Source: Callorhinchus milii (taxonomy: Eukaryota). Taken from it: a stretch of DNA of 64,000 nucleotides. The position numbers and the translations under genes are program-made. Numbering within the stretch: position 1 is the first letter of the stretch; every line of letters begins with the position of its first letter. This document shows, one piece after another, positions 11,997 through 23,670 of this stretch. The notes below the pieces were generated by a model. It made no database searches, was not told where the DNA came from, and was given only the letters and a program-made list of their open reading frames with translations. The stretch covers positions 89,654,001 to 89,718,000 of the forward strand of contig NW_024704742.1 of NCBI RefSeq assembly GCF_018977255.1, in the 5' to 3' direction.

Positions 11997-12385
11997 TATG
12001 GGGTGTTCACAAAGTCCTGTTACACCCTGTTCCAAAACAGTGAGATAAGACTACTGAGGAGCTGAAACAAGCTGTCAGATGCATTTCACCTCATCACTCC
12101 ATCCATGTTATGGAAGATGTCTCACCAAACATGACGATGGATTATTATCTGCCATGAAAATGATGGTTTTCACACTGATCCTCTGGACGTCTAAATATAG
12201 TTAAACACTTGTACTGAATACAATTAAGTCCTTCTAAATACAATTATCAGCAGCAACAACTTTCACTTATATAGGATCCTCCACACAGAGTAGCACCTCA
12301 GAGCACTTATCATCATTTTTCCACATGTTTCAGTTGTTGGTCAGTGCACTGTACCAAAAAATAGGTAACAGGACTTTGTAACATG
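11997..12385 (+). mobile_element. Tc1/mariner-derived non-autonomous element (MITE), with a short L2-tail insertion at about 12250-12306
   Basis: Terminal inverted repeats GGGTGTTCACAAAGTCCTGTTAC and GTAACAGGACTTTGT; internal remnant EELKQAV...AFHLITPSML; second copy at 45687-46019. The internal insertion is flanked by TTATCA direct repeats. Confidence 0.75.
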
Positions 12386-12621
12386 TCAACTTCAGCAGCA
12401 GGTGTACTCTGAAGTTTGGGTTTTTAACTGGCGTATACATTTTTGGATCCTTTTTAAGGCAGTGTTTGGGATCGTTAAAATGGCAGTTGCCTGCCACCTT
12501 TTGCAGATGCAGCTATAAACAGCATTTTTTAAAATATATTTTTAAAAAGTAATTCAATAAATGTATATACCTATTTGTAGCTGGAGAGAGCTGATGCCCT
12601 GGTAATATTTTCCTTATATAT

Positions 12622-12980
12622 TAATAATCCTTGCATTTGATGTAACCCATTATCACGCTTTGAAATGTGTCAAAGTGCTTCACAGAATATATTGTAAAGT
12701 GGATTGTCTATCTATTTTGTGGGTGAAATGCTGTAGCCAATTGCACACAGCAGTATCCCACAAACAGTGGTGGATTAAGCGACCAAATTGTTAATTTTTT
12801 TTGAAGGGATTATTATCCCCAGAAAGCAATCCATCAATCGACTAAGAACTGGGTTCCTACTTACTGCTAGATAAACAGAGGCGTGTAGAGTGAGGAAACT
12901 TGCCTAAGGTTTCGCTCAGCCTGGGAATCGAACCCAGGTCCTCTTGCTTGCGAGGGCAGTGCTCTAACCACTGCATTACA
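12622..12980 (-). mobile_element. SINE family A, long variant
   Basis: tRNA-like head with B box GGTTCGATTCCC on the minus strand, plus body and ATT tail. Confidence 0.9.
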
Positions 12981-13030
12981 ACAGAGGAGTGTGGAGTAAG
13001 GAAACTAGGTAGTATTCAATTCTCTAACTT

Positions 13031-13268
13031 AAATAATAATAATAATAATCCTATAGCGCTTTTCACGACTTCTAGACGTTGCGAAGCGCTTCACAGAATA
13101 TACTGTAAAGTGAATTAACTGTATATTTTGTGGGCGAAACGCAGCAGCCAATTGTGCACAGCAGCGTCCCACAAACAGTCGTTGATTGAGTGCCCAAATT
13201 ATTATTTTTTTCTTGAGGGATTATTATCAGATGTGTGGAGTAAGGAAACTTGCCCAAGGTTTCGCCCT
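13031..13268 (-). mobile_element. SINE family A, short variant, 5'-truncated
   Basis: (AAT)n tail and body up to GCCCAAGGTTTCGCCCT. Confidence 0.88.
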
Positions 13269-13699
13269 AAAGCCTAAGTTGCGAGTGTAAGATCATGTTT
13301 TACATATATATGTGTTCCCTGGCACTCTATATCTACCAACCTGTAATCAGCTTTCCATTATAATCAAATGACAATGATCCTTCGTCAACAAACATCCTAG
13401 AATCTGTCCATTTTCTGGCCATGTGTTAACGATCACTGTCGACTGGCTTGCAAGGGAAAAAATCTGTTCAGTAGGCATATGGTGAAAGTGTTCCTTATTC
13501 CCAAAGTGTCAGCCACTGCTTTAATGAGCATCAAAATAGCACAGGCACTGATAGCAACAAATGATACCGAAAGCACAAATATATAAATAGTGATCAGGTG
13601 GTAATTTTATCATATGTCAGGTTAAAATAGCAAAGACAATGATTGAAACAAAGCAGCCCTCTATAAACATGCAGTACCACAAACCATCCAATGTGACTC

Positions 13700-14005
13700 A
13701 ATTTTACTCGGAGTCAGAAGGTTGAGCTCAAAGTCTAGGCTGGCACTCTACTGCAGTGCAGGGGAGCACTTTATTTTCACAGGTGCCATCGTTTGGATGA
13801 GGAGTTGAACCGAGCTTCTGTCTGATGGTTCTTGACGTCAACAATAAAGATCCCAGTATATTCCTTATAAAGTGCAGAGTTTCTACCGGTGTCCTTGCCA
13901 ACAATCCTTCAGATTAAATGGCCATTCAACTCAAACCATCTGTGCCACCTCTATGTGGGTCCTCACTGTGTGCAAACGGCTGTCAAGAGTCACTACACTA
14001 GACAT
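13700..14005 (+). mobile_element. SINE family B, degraded
   Basis: GAGTCAGAAGGTTG head, GGTGCCATCGTTTGGATGAG and AAAGATCCC body motifs. Confidence 0.7.
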
Positions 14006-14779
14006 CAATTACATGCAGAGATAATTTTTTTTTAAACAGGATATTTTTAGCTGATGTATCGGTGGTAGGATTGAAGGACTTGCAATCTACAGTCACATTA
14101 TGTCCTAAAACATTTTTTCATTAGATCAGTAATAATAAACATGGCAATGTAATAAATTCAAATCGTGAATCGATTAGCAAATTGATCCAGACTCTTCAAG
14201 TCATGCATCATTTTTTCCCTGAGTTTTTTTTACCACTTATTCCTGTTTCACCCACAAAATACATAGTCAAACGATGTGACAGTAAATCCTGCGAAGTGCT
14301 TTGAGACATCTCGACAATGTGATGAGGCGCTATATCAAATACACAGATCATTATTGTTATTTTATTTCTAGGTATTATTCGAAACGACACACCCCTCTTT
14401 CAGGTCATCCAACAATGTTTACCTCTGCTTAGTGGAAAGATGGCAAGCAACTTGTTCTCAGTCCTCTGTCTACAAATGGCCACTAGGAGGCAGTGGTGAG
14501 TCTTCTAGGTTATCTTGTCTGCTAATTAATAGGAAGTCCAGGTAGCAGAGGAAAATCATAGGAGGATGTGTGGTTAGTGAAGGTGGATTCCTGGGTGCAA
14601 ATGGAGTCTGGTTAGGTTTATTCCAACACAGGTACTTCAAGTATGAGTCAGTCCGTCTGTCTCTTTTATAACTGGTGAACCAGGAGGCCAGGATCTCGTT
14701 ATGCTCTATGTATATGACTGGTACTTGTATTTTCCCACAAGTTTCTCCACTGTTGAGGCAGTTAAGCCATGGAACCAAG

Positions 14780-15122
14780 GACATTTATACCACAGAAGAA
14801 GGCCATTCGGCCCATTGTGTTTGTGCTGGCTCCTTGAAAGAGCAATTCTTTCAGTCCCAATTACCTGCCTTTTCACCTTACCCCTGTCATTTACTCTTTT
14901 TTAAATATCTATCTAATTCTCTCTTCAAAGTTGATATGGCTCCAGCCTCGACCACCACACCCAGCAGGGCATTCAATGCCATAACATTTCTCTGCATAAA
15001 ATCATAACTCCTAATCTCTCTCTTTTCTCCCTTGCTTATTACTTAAATCAATGCCCTATAGTTACTAACTCACCAAGCAGTGAAAATAATTTCTCCCTGT
15101 TGACTATCAGAACCCCTCATCA
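14780..15122 (-). mobile_element. CR1 LINE 3' end
   Basis: ACAGAAGAAGGCCATTCGGCCCAT terminus followed by the reverse complement of the CR1 C-terminal coding DNA. Confidence 0.8.
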
Positions 15123-15124
15123 TT

Positions 15125-15480
15125 TGGAGTTCTGTAGCTCAGTGGTTGGAGCACTCGCCTTGCAAGTGAGAAACTTGGGTCCGATTCCCAGCAGGGCGAA
15201 ATGTTGGGCAAGTTTCCTTACTCTACACGCCTCTGTTTACCTAGCAGTAATAGGAATCCTGTTGTTAGTCGATTGGTGGATCACTTTTCTGTGGGCAATA
15301 ATTCTTTCCAAAAAAATAATAATAAATTGGTCACTTTAATCTACGACCATTTGTCGGACACTGCTGTGTGCTATTGGTTACCATGTTTCTCCCAAAATAT
15401 ATTCAGTCAATTCACTTTACAGTATATGCTGTGAAGTGATATAGCGAATGCAAGGATTATTATTATTATTTTTATTATTA
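15125..15480 (+). mobile_element. SINE family A, long variant
   Basis: GGAGTTCTGTAGCTCAGTGGTTGGAGCACTCGCCTTGCAAG head and ATT tail. Confidence 0.9.
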
Positions 15481-15825
15481 AGAACCCTTTTGCCTTTAAC
15501 TATTTACTACAAGTGCAACGCCTCTTTAACTTCATGCAAATTGTCATGAGGAGAAATTTTGGATCCTCAGAAACCAAATCTAAACCGGACCAATCACTGA
15601 ACATTAATGGTAGCATCAGACACACTGAATAATTAAAACACACGGTAAATAATGTAACTTGTTATTACGGTAAATAAGCCCACACAACAAAAATAGTTCC
15701 ATCAGCAAACAAAATGGACAGTGAACCTGTTCCAAAGTATCCTTTAAAGTCGGACCTTACTCAAGCCCTCTCCTTCTTGCTACATAACTGCTGTGTATCA
15801 AAGATATTCATTTTTATGTTTATTT

Positions 15826-15866
15826 TGAGTTCTGATGAAGGGCTGTGGACCCGAAACGTTGACTTA
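15826..15866 (+). ncRNA. Minimal type I hammerhead ribozyme motif
   Basis: Core CUGAUGA 15832-15838, an extra A, stem II GGG/CCC, GAAA 15853-15856, ACGU palindromic stem III, GUU cleavage triplet 15858-15860, stem I UGAGUU/GACUUA. Confidence 0.6.
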
Positions 15867-15932
15867 CTTTCCTTTCTCCATAGATGCTGCCTGACCTGCT
15901 GAGTGTTCCCAGCAACTTCTGTTTTTGTTTCA
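15826..15932 (+). mobile_element. Penelope-like element terminal-repeat fragment
   Basis: CTGATGAAGGG...CCCGAAACGTT hammerhead-type motif followed by AGATGCTGCCTGACCTGCTGAG, which I recall as the terminal repeat of chondrichthyan Penelope-like elements (not searched). Confidence 0.65.
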
Positions 15933-16546
15933 TTTTTAATATGTGTCCTGTGTTTGGTTATTGGGCCAACTTTACTGTGAAGCAATATAATTATCTACCT
16001 GATAAATGGCCTGTTATTCCGTCAGTCAAAACCAGTTCTGCCTCGAAGCATGGAGAGAAATGATTGTGGTCTAGTGCAACACTTGCATGATTCGTGACAA
16101 ACAAACTGGTCAACTGCAAAAGCAGGCTGAACCCGGGCTCTGTCTCAATCCAGTCTGGCAATTGCTGCTATTTGCCCATGCATTCTCACTGTCTGCAGAA
16201 GCCTGACTTTCAGGCGTGTCTATATATCCTTGTGCCAGATGCACTGCACTGCCTGTCTGTTAACTAATTTGTACAGATAATGTGAAACAACCTTCTGATG
16301 ACGTGAAACATATACAGAACAAAATAGCATGGGAGGGGGGTTGCAGGGGGAGAGAAGGGAAAATACTGTTTTGTTATAACCAAGCAACTGAAACTAGGCA
16401 ACACAGAATGATCATATGAAACCCAATTTCAACACTGCTGGCAGAGATATACTTGATGCTGAGAACTGGCCATCTCTTTCTTGAGTAGGTCATAAATTTT
16501 CTTCTATGCTCCACTAACTACTGCTCAGATCAATCTCAAATCTCAC

Positions 16547-16796
16547 CGCTCCATTATCCATCTTCTGAGTTCCACACGGACACAGTAATAGTTCACTCCC
16601 ACAGAGCTTGTCGGATGAGCTATTTTCTTCTTAAAAAATAAGATTCTGATTGAGATCAATTTGATCCACAAATTGCAGCCAGTTAATAAACTGTTCCATG
16701 TGCAGCGCCATTTTTTTCTATTAAGTCTTTGACGACTCCAGCAGAATCTTTGCACTTTGTCAAACACAGCTAAATTTGCTCGTTTTTCAGAACCTT
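16547..16796 (-). other. Candidate spliced exon of an unidentified host gene (possibly 5' UTR plus start codon)
   Basis: Minus-strand acceptor TTCATTTTTAATAG| and donor GCG|GTGAGA inside a repeat-free island of about 1 kb. One frame is open throughout, but no homolog is recognised. Confidence 0.3.
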
Positions 16797-16999
16797 CTAT
16801 TAAAAATGAATATCCTTTGCAGATAATGTGGTTCAAAGCCTTGCTGCAGAATTATTATTCTGCGGTGCTGCACAGAAGCAGCATTTGATTTCTACATCAC
16901 CTTCAACTAAATTAAACCCATTAAAGATTGCAGTACCAAGTCTTAGCAAAATATCCTAGGCTGAGAATGTCATTCCCTTTAGTGCAGAAGAAATATCTA

Positions 17000-17632
17000 T
17001 AATCCTTACATTTATTATTTGATCAAGCACCTATCACTTCGGGGGATCACTGTGTCTGTGTATTTTGTAGAAAGATGAACATGGCAGCCAAATTGCACAC
17101 AGCAACGTCCCACAAAAGCCATTAAATGAATGACCAATTTTATCTGAGGGATTGTTCTCCAGGACGCTGGCAGAAATTCCCTTCTCTTTTCAAACAATGC
17201 CATGGGATTGTTAACGTCCACTTGAACGAGTAGATGTGACCTGGGTTTACGTCTCATCTGAAGGATGGCACCTTGACAATACAATGTTCCTATAGCACCG
17301 GATTAGAGTGTCGGTCTACAATGTGTGAGTTCAAAATCTCGACATGGAGATTGAACCCAAAGAAACATAGAGCACAGAAAGAGGCCATTCAGCCCTCCAT
17401 GACTGTGCCATTTCTTGAATTAGTCCCACTCCTCCATTCTTTCCCCATAGCCTTGCAATTTTTTTCTTTTCAAATAAATATCCAATTCCCTTTTAAAAGT
17501 TATTATTGAATCTGCTTCCACCACCCTTTCAGGCAATGCATTCCAGATCATAACAACTCGCTGCATAAAAAAAATCACCTCATCTCCTCTCCTGACTCAG
17601 AGGTAGGAAGGCAACATCAGAGCCAGGTTGAC
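17000..17632 (-). mobile_element. SINE family B interrupted by a CR1 3' end (about 17362-17590)
   Basis: The SINE body stops at TTGAACCCA and the head resumes at CTGACTCAGAGG after a CR1 tail fragment (AGAGGCCATTCAGCCC...TTCAGGCAATGCATTCCAGA). Confidence 0.8.
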
Positions 17633-17699
17633 ATCAGTCTGCGATCCATATGATACATGGATCCTTGCACGTGCTCACACTTTGAAAAGAATATAATAC

Positions 17700-17950
17700 C
17701 AAATACAATACAAAATTACATTTGTAAAGCACCTTCATGTCGGGAGGACGTCCCAAGGCGCTGAACAGTCAGGGTTTAGGACCCAAGCTTGGGGGGCAAG
17801 GGGACGGTTGGGATCAGGGAGGGTGGAGGGCAGAGGGTAAGAGGGTGGCCGAATGTACGGTCGAAGAGGAGAGTCTTGAGGTGTGCCTTGAAAGAGGCAA
17901 GGGGAATGTGGGCTGGAGTATCAGAGGGTGGGGGTCGAGAGGCTGAAGGC
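17700..17950 (-). mobile_element. L2 LINE 3' end with (ATTGT)n tail
   Basis: ATACAATACAAAATTACATTTGTAAAGCACCTTCATGTCGGGAGG followed by purine-rich L2 3' region. Confidence 0.8.
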
Positions 17951-18049
17951 CTGACAGTACCAATGGATAAATAAATACATTAAAAAAACTATTTTCTGGA
18001 ATATCACTGTTCTGTAATGTGGCAATCACTACAGTTCAATCCCTCCCGT

Positions 18050-18578
18050 ACTGACAGTACAAATTTACATTTATATAAAATGCTTTTTACATCAGAAGGA
18101 TGTTGCAAGGTGCTTGACAATGCCAAGGTATTGGACACCCGATTTGAGAGTGGGAACCAAGGGTTGGGGAGCAATGGAAGTAAGGGGAGAGGTTGGGAAA
18201 GATTACAAAAAGCACGGCCAAAGAGGAAAGTCTTGAGTGGATTGTGAAGGAAGTGAGGGAAGGCGTGAGTCAGAGAGACTCCTGGATAGAGTTCCAGAGA
18301 GTGGGGTTGAAGGTCCAACCACCAATGATGGGGATGTTGGGGAGGGACTTGAAGCAGACCTGTACCTGCTCAGTGGAGGGAGTCGTTGAGTTGCTAGGGT
18401 TTGAGGAGGTTGAGGCAAGACCATGGAGGGATTTAAAGGTTAGGATGAGGATCTTGATCTCGATGAGCTGTGGGATGGGGAGCCAGTGGTGTAGGGCAAG
18501 GGAATGGCTGTGATAGGCTCACAGAGCCTAGTGCAGGAAAGGACACAAGCTGCAGAGTTCTGGATAGTCTGCAGCTTG
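18050..18578 (-). mobile_element. L2 LINE 3' region
   Basis: Reverse complement aligns with 6090-6600 (ATCGAGATCAAGATCCTCATCCTAACC..., CCATCATTGGTGG). Confidence 0.8.
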
Positions 18579-18579
18579 T

Positions 18580-18944
18580 AATAATAATAATCCTTGCATT
18601 TGATATAGCACCTTATCACGTCTTAGAGACGTCTCAAAGCGCTTCACAGAAGATTCTGTAAAGTGAATTGACTGTATATTTTGTGGGTGAAAGACGGCAG
18701 CCAATTGTGCAGGGCAGTATCCCACAAACCATCGTGGATGAGTGACCAATTTATTATTTTTTTTAATGGAATTATTGCCCCCAGAAAAACAATCCGCCAA
18801 TCGACTAACAATCAGGTTCCTAATTACTGCTGGGTAAACAGAGGTGTGTGGAGTAAGGAAACTTGCCTAACATTATGCCCTGCCCAGGAATCGAACCCAT
18901 GTCCTCTCGCTTGCGAGACAAGTGCTCTAACCACTGAGCTACAG
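18580..18944 (-). mobile_element. SINE family A, long variant, inserted in L2
   Basis: Near-complete copy flanked by CAGCTTGT direct repeats (18572-18579 and 18942-18949). Confidence 0.92.
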
Positions 18945-20379
18945 CTTGTGAAGGAAAGAAACAGTTATTTACCTNAAAAACAATAACTGGGCTTAACAGT
19001 AATTATTGTACAGAGCGTTGCGATTTTTCGATGTATGCTGCACTCTAAATGTTCTGTCTTTTCTTATTACATTACTATTTATTATTATAAATAATAATGA
19101 TAATCATTTTTGCATTTGATATAGCGCCTTTCACATCACGGGGATACATCAAAGCGCTTCAGAGTAACGTGGAATGACTATGTATTTCAACTCCTCGTAA
19201 GCACTATGCCATTGTGAGTGTCACATTCCCTTCTCTCTGTATCAAGATCCACAGCTGCTACATTCCACGTGCCTCTGGGCAGACTCCCATTGTAAGTTTA
19301 AAGCTCAGGAAAATGACAAAGTGCATACACGCAACTTTAGTGGGCACATAAAAACTGTCAATGTCAGGAAAATATTAGGGGTGATGTTTATGATGAGCAG
19401 GCTCCCATTCAAATGTAGGGGCACGTATTTGTTTATAAGGGTGATTCACATCAAAACGGATCACGTTTTTACATCAAATCAAGTGCTCAGCACTCAGAAT
19501 AAATGGAGCTTGTCAGGTCTAGAGTGTGCAAGGACATAGCACAGGTGTCCTACTGAGTGAATCCAATATAACTGAGAAGCTTCAAAATAGCAGGATCAAC
19601 ATGTTCGTGTATAAAGCAGGGCTTGCAGCACTGAGGCATCAGAGAGGTCACAACAATGGTTGATGTGGGAAATGGTAAAACATGCACTGTTACAGGAGAA
19701 GTGGTGCTCTCCTGATATGACTGTTGTTTGGACAGAATAGAAGTCATTTGCTCTGGTTCAAACCCATGTATACCTGACCCAAGAATATTTGCAGATGACA
19801 CTGGCGGGGAGAAATTCCACCTGAGTTGAGACTTGCTCCATTTGATTATTATTATTATTATTATTATTCATTTTAGAGCATCTATAATTTGGCAAGTTGT
19901 TGAATTGAGTCTCAACTTTGAGGTCATTATTTCTGTAATTCTTAAAATAATTGACCGAAAAACAGCTTTAAAATTAAGGCTGTATTTAAGAATTTGCCAA
20001 ATTCTGCACACACCGCCATTTGCAACATTTCATAGAGTATATTTAGACCCAGGTGGAGTTTCTGCCTGAGGATGCATAAACTAGATTTGATAGTTTACTC
20101 CCTTTAGCACAACTTTCACCCTGAACTACAATATCATTTACATTCATATAGAGTCTTTCACGTCAGGAAGATGTACCAAGGTGCTTCACAAGATGAAGGG
20201 CTTGAAATATAAACCATAATAAAGTCAAATAGGAGAATGGCACCATGTCTCACTGTAAGCCATTTCGAGCTGTACATTGGGGCATTTATATTTTTAGTCG
20301 GTCAAAGAGAAATAAGTGAAATAGCAATAAGTGATCCCGTACAGACAGAAAATTTGGATTTTAAATTAGGACAAGATCA

Positions 20380-20876
20380 TTGTAATTCTTACGTTTGGTA
20401 TAATTCCTTTCTCAATGAGAGGACATCCAAAAGTGCTTCATGGGATGTACTCTGTGTATTGTGGGTGAATGTGGCCGTCAATTGGTGCACAGCAGTGTCC
20501 CACAATCAGTTATGAAGTTAATGGCCAATATTATTTTGGGGATTGTTGGCCAGGACACTGGGAGAAACTCACCCATCTTTTTTCAAATAGTACCATGACA
20601 TTTTTAAAGTCTAACTGAAGGGGTAGACAAAACTTTGGTTTAACTTCTCATTCAAAGGATAGCAACACCGACAATGCAGTACACTCCCAGCACGGTAATG
20701 GAGTGTTAGTTTAGATTGTATGAGTTCCAAGTCCCAACATGGGGCTTGAACCTATAATATTCTGACTCAGCGCCTTGGGATGTCCTCCCGACATGAAAGG
20801 CGCTCTATAAATGGAATCTTGTTGTTGTTGTTGTTGACTCAGAGGCGAGTGTGCTAGCAACTGAGGCAGGCTGACG
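20380..20876 (-). mobile_element. SINE family B, near full length, with a 64-bp L2 tail inserted at 20771-20834
   Basis: Body and head motifs present; the insertion is flanked by a TGACTCAG duplication. Confidence 0.85.
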
Positions 20877-21759
20877 CACAATATTTAGTCATCCCTGAAA
20901 TATTAATCTGTTTTATTTAAGGCCCACCTTGTTTGATCTGAGGTGGATTTCCAACATTTCTGATCTTATTGTGTTAGCAACCTGTGTAATTTTGGAAATT
21001 TCAATTTTTTTTAAGATCATACAATTCCAACAATGTCTTGAAGAATCATGAGAAAAAGTGACCGCAAAAGTACTTGAACCATGGCAAGTTTCAACAAAAC
21101 AAAATCTTTGATATATTAACCACAAATTCACATGAACAGCCACTGATTCTGACGTACAGTCTTGTTTTGAACCCGTAAAATTCACCTTTTTCCAAAGGGG
21201 TTAGAAATGTTCCTTTGTCAGTATAAAAAAATGAAAACCTGTGTGTGTATCGCTGCGATTCTGAACCACTGTGGAGTTTTTCTAACACAGAGGCCCACCT
21301 TTACTGCCTATATATTTATTTTTTTAAAAAATCAATTTAGTGTGGTCCCAAGGCAGTTTGGTTCTCTGTCCTTGGGCACTTAAGTTGGCTTACATTCTCC
21401 TCACATTTTTACAGTTTGCGTGATACTCCCAATCTTTCCAGTGTCTGCTGTCAGATTTGAGCAGCACAAGCTACCTCTGATAACTCCGAGGCTGTAGCTG
21501 CACTCTCGCTGTCCCCAGGTACCAGTTCCAAGCTCCAATGAAGCAGACGGATCAGACCAAGCCCTGTTTTCTCAGTTTCTAGTTTCTCTCGCTCAATGTG
21601 GCTCATGGGCATTTCACTGGCTCCCGGAAACTGCAGTTTAGTTGAGAATTGGGTGAGCAAGGGGGCAGTGCTTCTTCAATACTAATAATCGTTGCATTTG
21701 ATAACAACTACTTGATAATATATAGCGCCCTTCACGCAGAGTAGTGTCTCAGAGTACTT

Positions 21760-22050
21760 ATTTGATACAGTGCCTTTCATTTTGGAAGAACACCTCAAAA
21801 CGCTACACAGGATGTTTTATGGTAAAGTGTAGGGACGTTGTATTTCGCAAGTGAATGCAGCAGCCAATTTGTGTGCGGCAATGTCCCACAAACAGACCAT
21901 GAAATAAATGATCAATTGTATCTGGGGATTATTGGCCAGTTCATTGGGAAAAACTTATTTCTTTTTTCGAATTGTGCTAGGGGATCTTTAACGTCCATCT
22001 GAATAGTAACTCTGTGGCCTTGGTTTAATGTCTCATCCGAAGGAGATGCG
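21760..22050 (-). mobile_element. SINE family B, partial
   Basis: GGGATCTTTAACGTCCATCTGAA and TGGTTTAATGTCTCATCCGAAGGA. Confidence 0.8.
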
Positions 22051-23347
22051 TTACTCCAATAATCTATCTGGGTTCTGTTGCAGTCCACTTTTGATCTTTT
22101 TTTCCCCAATTCCCAACATGTACTGTGATTTGTCCCTTCTCTGCTTTAACTTTTTGTTCCTTTGAATAATTTCTCTTTGTGGGTAGAACCATAGAAATAA
22201 ATAAACCCTCCAAAAATAATTCACTCAATCCACGACTGTTTGTGGGACACTGCTGTGCGCAATTGGCTGCTATGTTTTGTACACAAAATACAAAATCAAA
22301 CCAGTAAAAAGTATATTCTGGGAAGCGCTTTTAGACATCTCAACAATGTGATAAGACAGTATATCAGATGCAAGGTTTATTATTATTAATTTACAGGACA
22401 AAAGAAGGCCAATCAGCCTTTTCAGTCCCATTTCCCCACCTTTTTCCCACACTGCTGTAGTTTACTCCTTTGCCCTGTTTCCTTTGCATAGTACACTTAT
22501 TCCAAGCGAATAAGGGGGCTAACGGCCACCTCCACCCACCCACCCCACTCAGCTCGGAGTTTGGCTCTGCTACTGTTAACCGCTCTGAGCCACTACCCTG
22601 CATGGAGGGTGCTATATAAGTGCAAGTTGTTGTTGTTGTTCTGACTCAACCATCGCTCCCAGCAGGGCTAAAAAAAATTCTCCTAACTAACCCCATGGCT
22701 AGGTTTACTCCTTTTCACTTACATCAGGGAGTCCATTTCATTCTGTTCCCTATTTCTGCTATGAATCAAACCTGTTCTTCCTGCAGTCTTTAATTCTCCG
22801 CACAGCACTTTTCAATAACTCAAGACTAATACTGTTAAGTGAATAACATGTGAAGGGAGACTAACTGGGAGCCTTAAAAAAAAAGCAATGATTTATTAAT
22901 GTAGAAGAAAAGAGCGAGTGAAAGAAATGAAGGCAGAGAGAAGCTGGGCAGTCTCTCCTAACTCTGGCAAGGCCGGTGCCAATTTAACCTCCACATGTAG
23001 CTCCTAAAACCAGCAAACTCAACATGATCCAGGATCCTGTCTGTAAATTGCAGCTCCACGCATTACCTCAGAGGCTGCTCCCAATGATTATTTTTAATTA
23101 CTTTTTATTAATGTCAGTTTTGTCAACAAAAATCGATATACATTTTTAAAGCAATTTGGTGGTGAAAATAATTTTTTGTTGGGTTTGCGCAACCTCGCAA
23201 AAACAAGGTGTATATCAATATTTACTAACATCAGGCCATTTACTTCAACCCTACTGACAAAGGTATTCAAGAATGAACAATATTTTCAGATATAACAAAG
23301 CACATATAATAATAATAATTATCTGCATCATCCTTTCTTCTACATTT

Positions 23348-23670
23348 GTGGAGTCCTGTATCTCAGTGGTTAGAGAACTTGCTTTGCAAACGAGAGACCT
23401 GGGTTCAATTCCAGGCAGAGGGCGAAACCTTGGGCAATTTTCCTTACTCCACACGCCTAATAATAATCCCTCCAAAACCAAAAACAATAATAAATTGGTC
23501 ATTTTCAATCTACGACTGTTTGTGGGACATCGCTGTGCGCAATTGGCTGCCGTGTTCGCCCACAAATATACAGTCAATTCACTTTACACTGTGTTCTGTG
23601 AAGCGCTTTGGGACGTCCTCCTGACGTGAAAAGCGCTATATCAAATGCAAGGATTATTATTATTATTATT
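23348..23670 (+). mobile_element. SINE family A, short variant, young
   Basis: Full head, body and (ATT)n tail; very similar to the copy at 58750. Confidence 0.93.

Noticed and set aside
16547..16561. Naming the host gene from the MDNG or MER start (for example KCTD6 or PHACTR2-like N-termini)
   Set aside because: Only 3-4 residues match, the following residues and splice phase disagree, and no downstream coding exon is visible.
18975..18975. Single N bases at 18975, 44473 and 49695
   Set aside because: All abut homopolymer runs, so they are sequencing or assembly ambiguities. They do caution that nearby element truncations may be artefactual.
19550..19823. 83-aa minus-strand ORF with a possible acceptor, and a plus-strand TTTGCAGATGACAC (FADDT-like) string
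   Set aside because: No recognisable protein, poor polypyrimidine tract, and no other RT motifs around the FADDT string.
21451..21660. GC-richer 69-aa minus-strand ORF
   Set aside because: No ATG start, no recognisable homology and no convincing splice sites.
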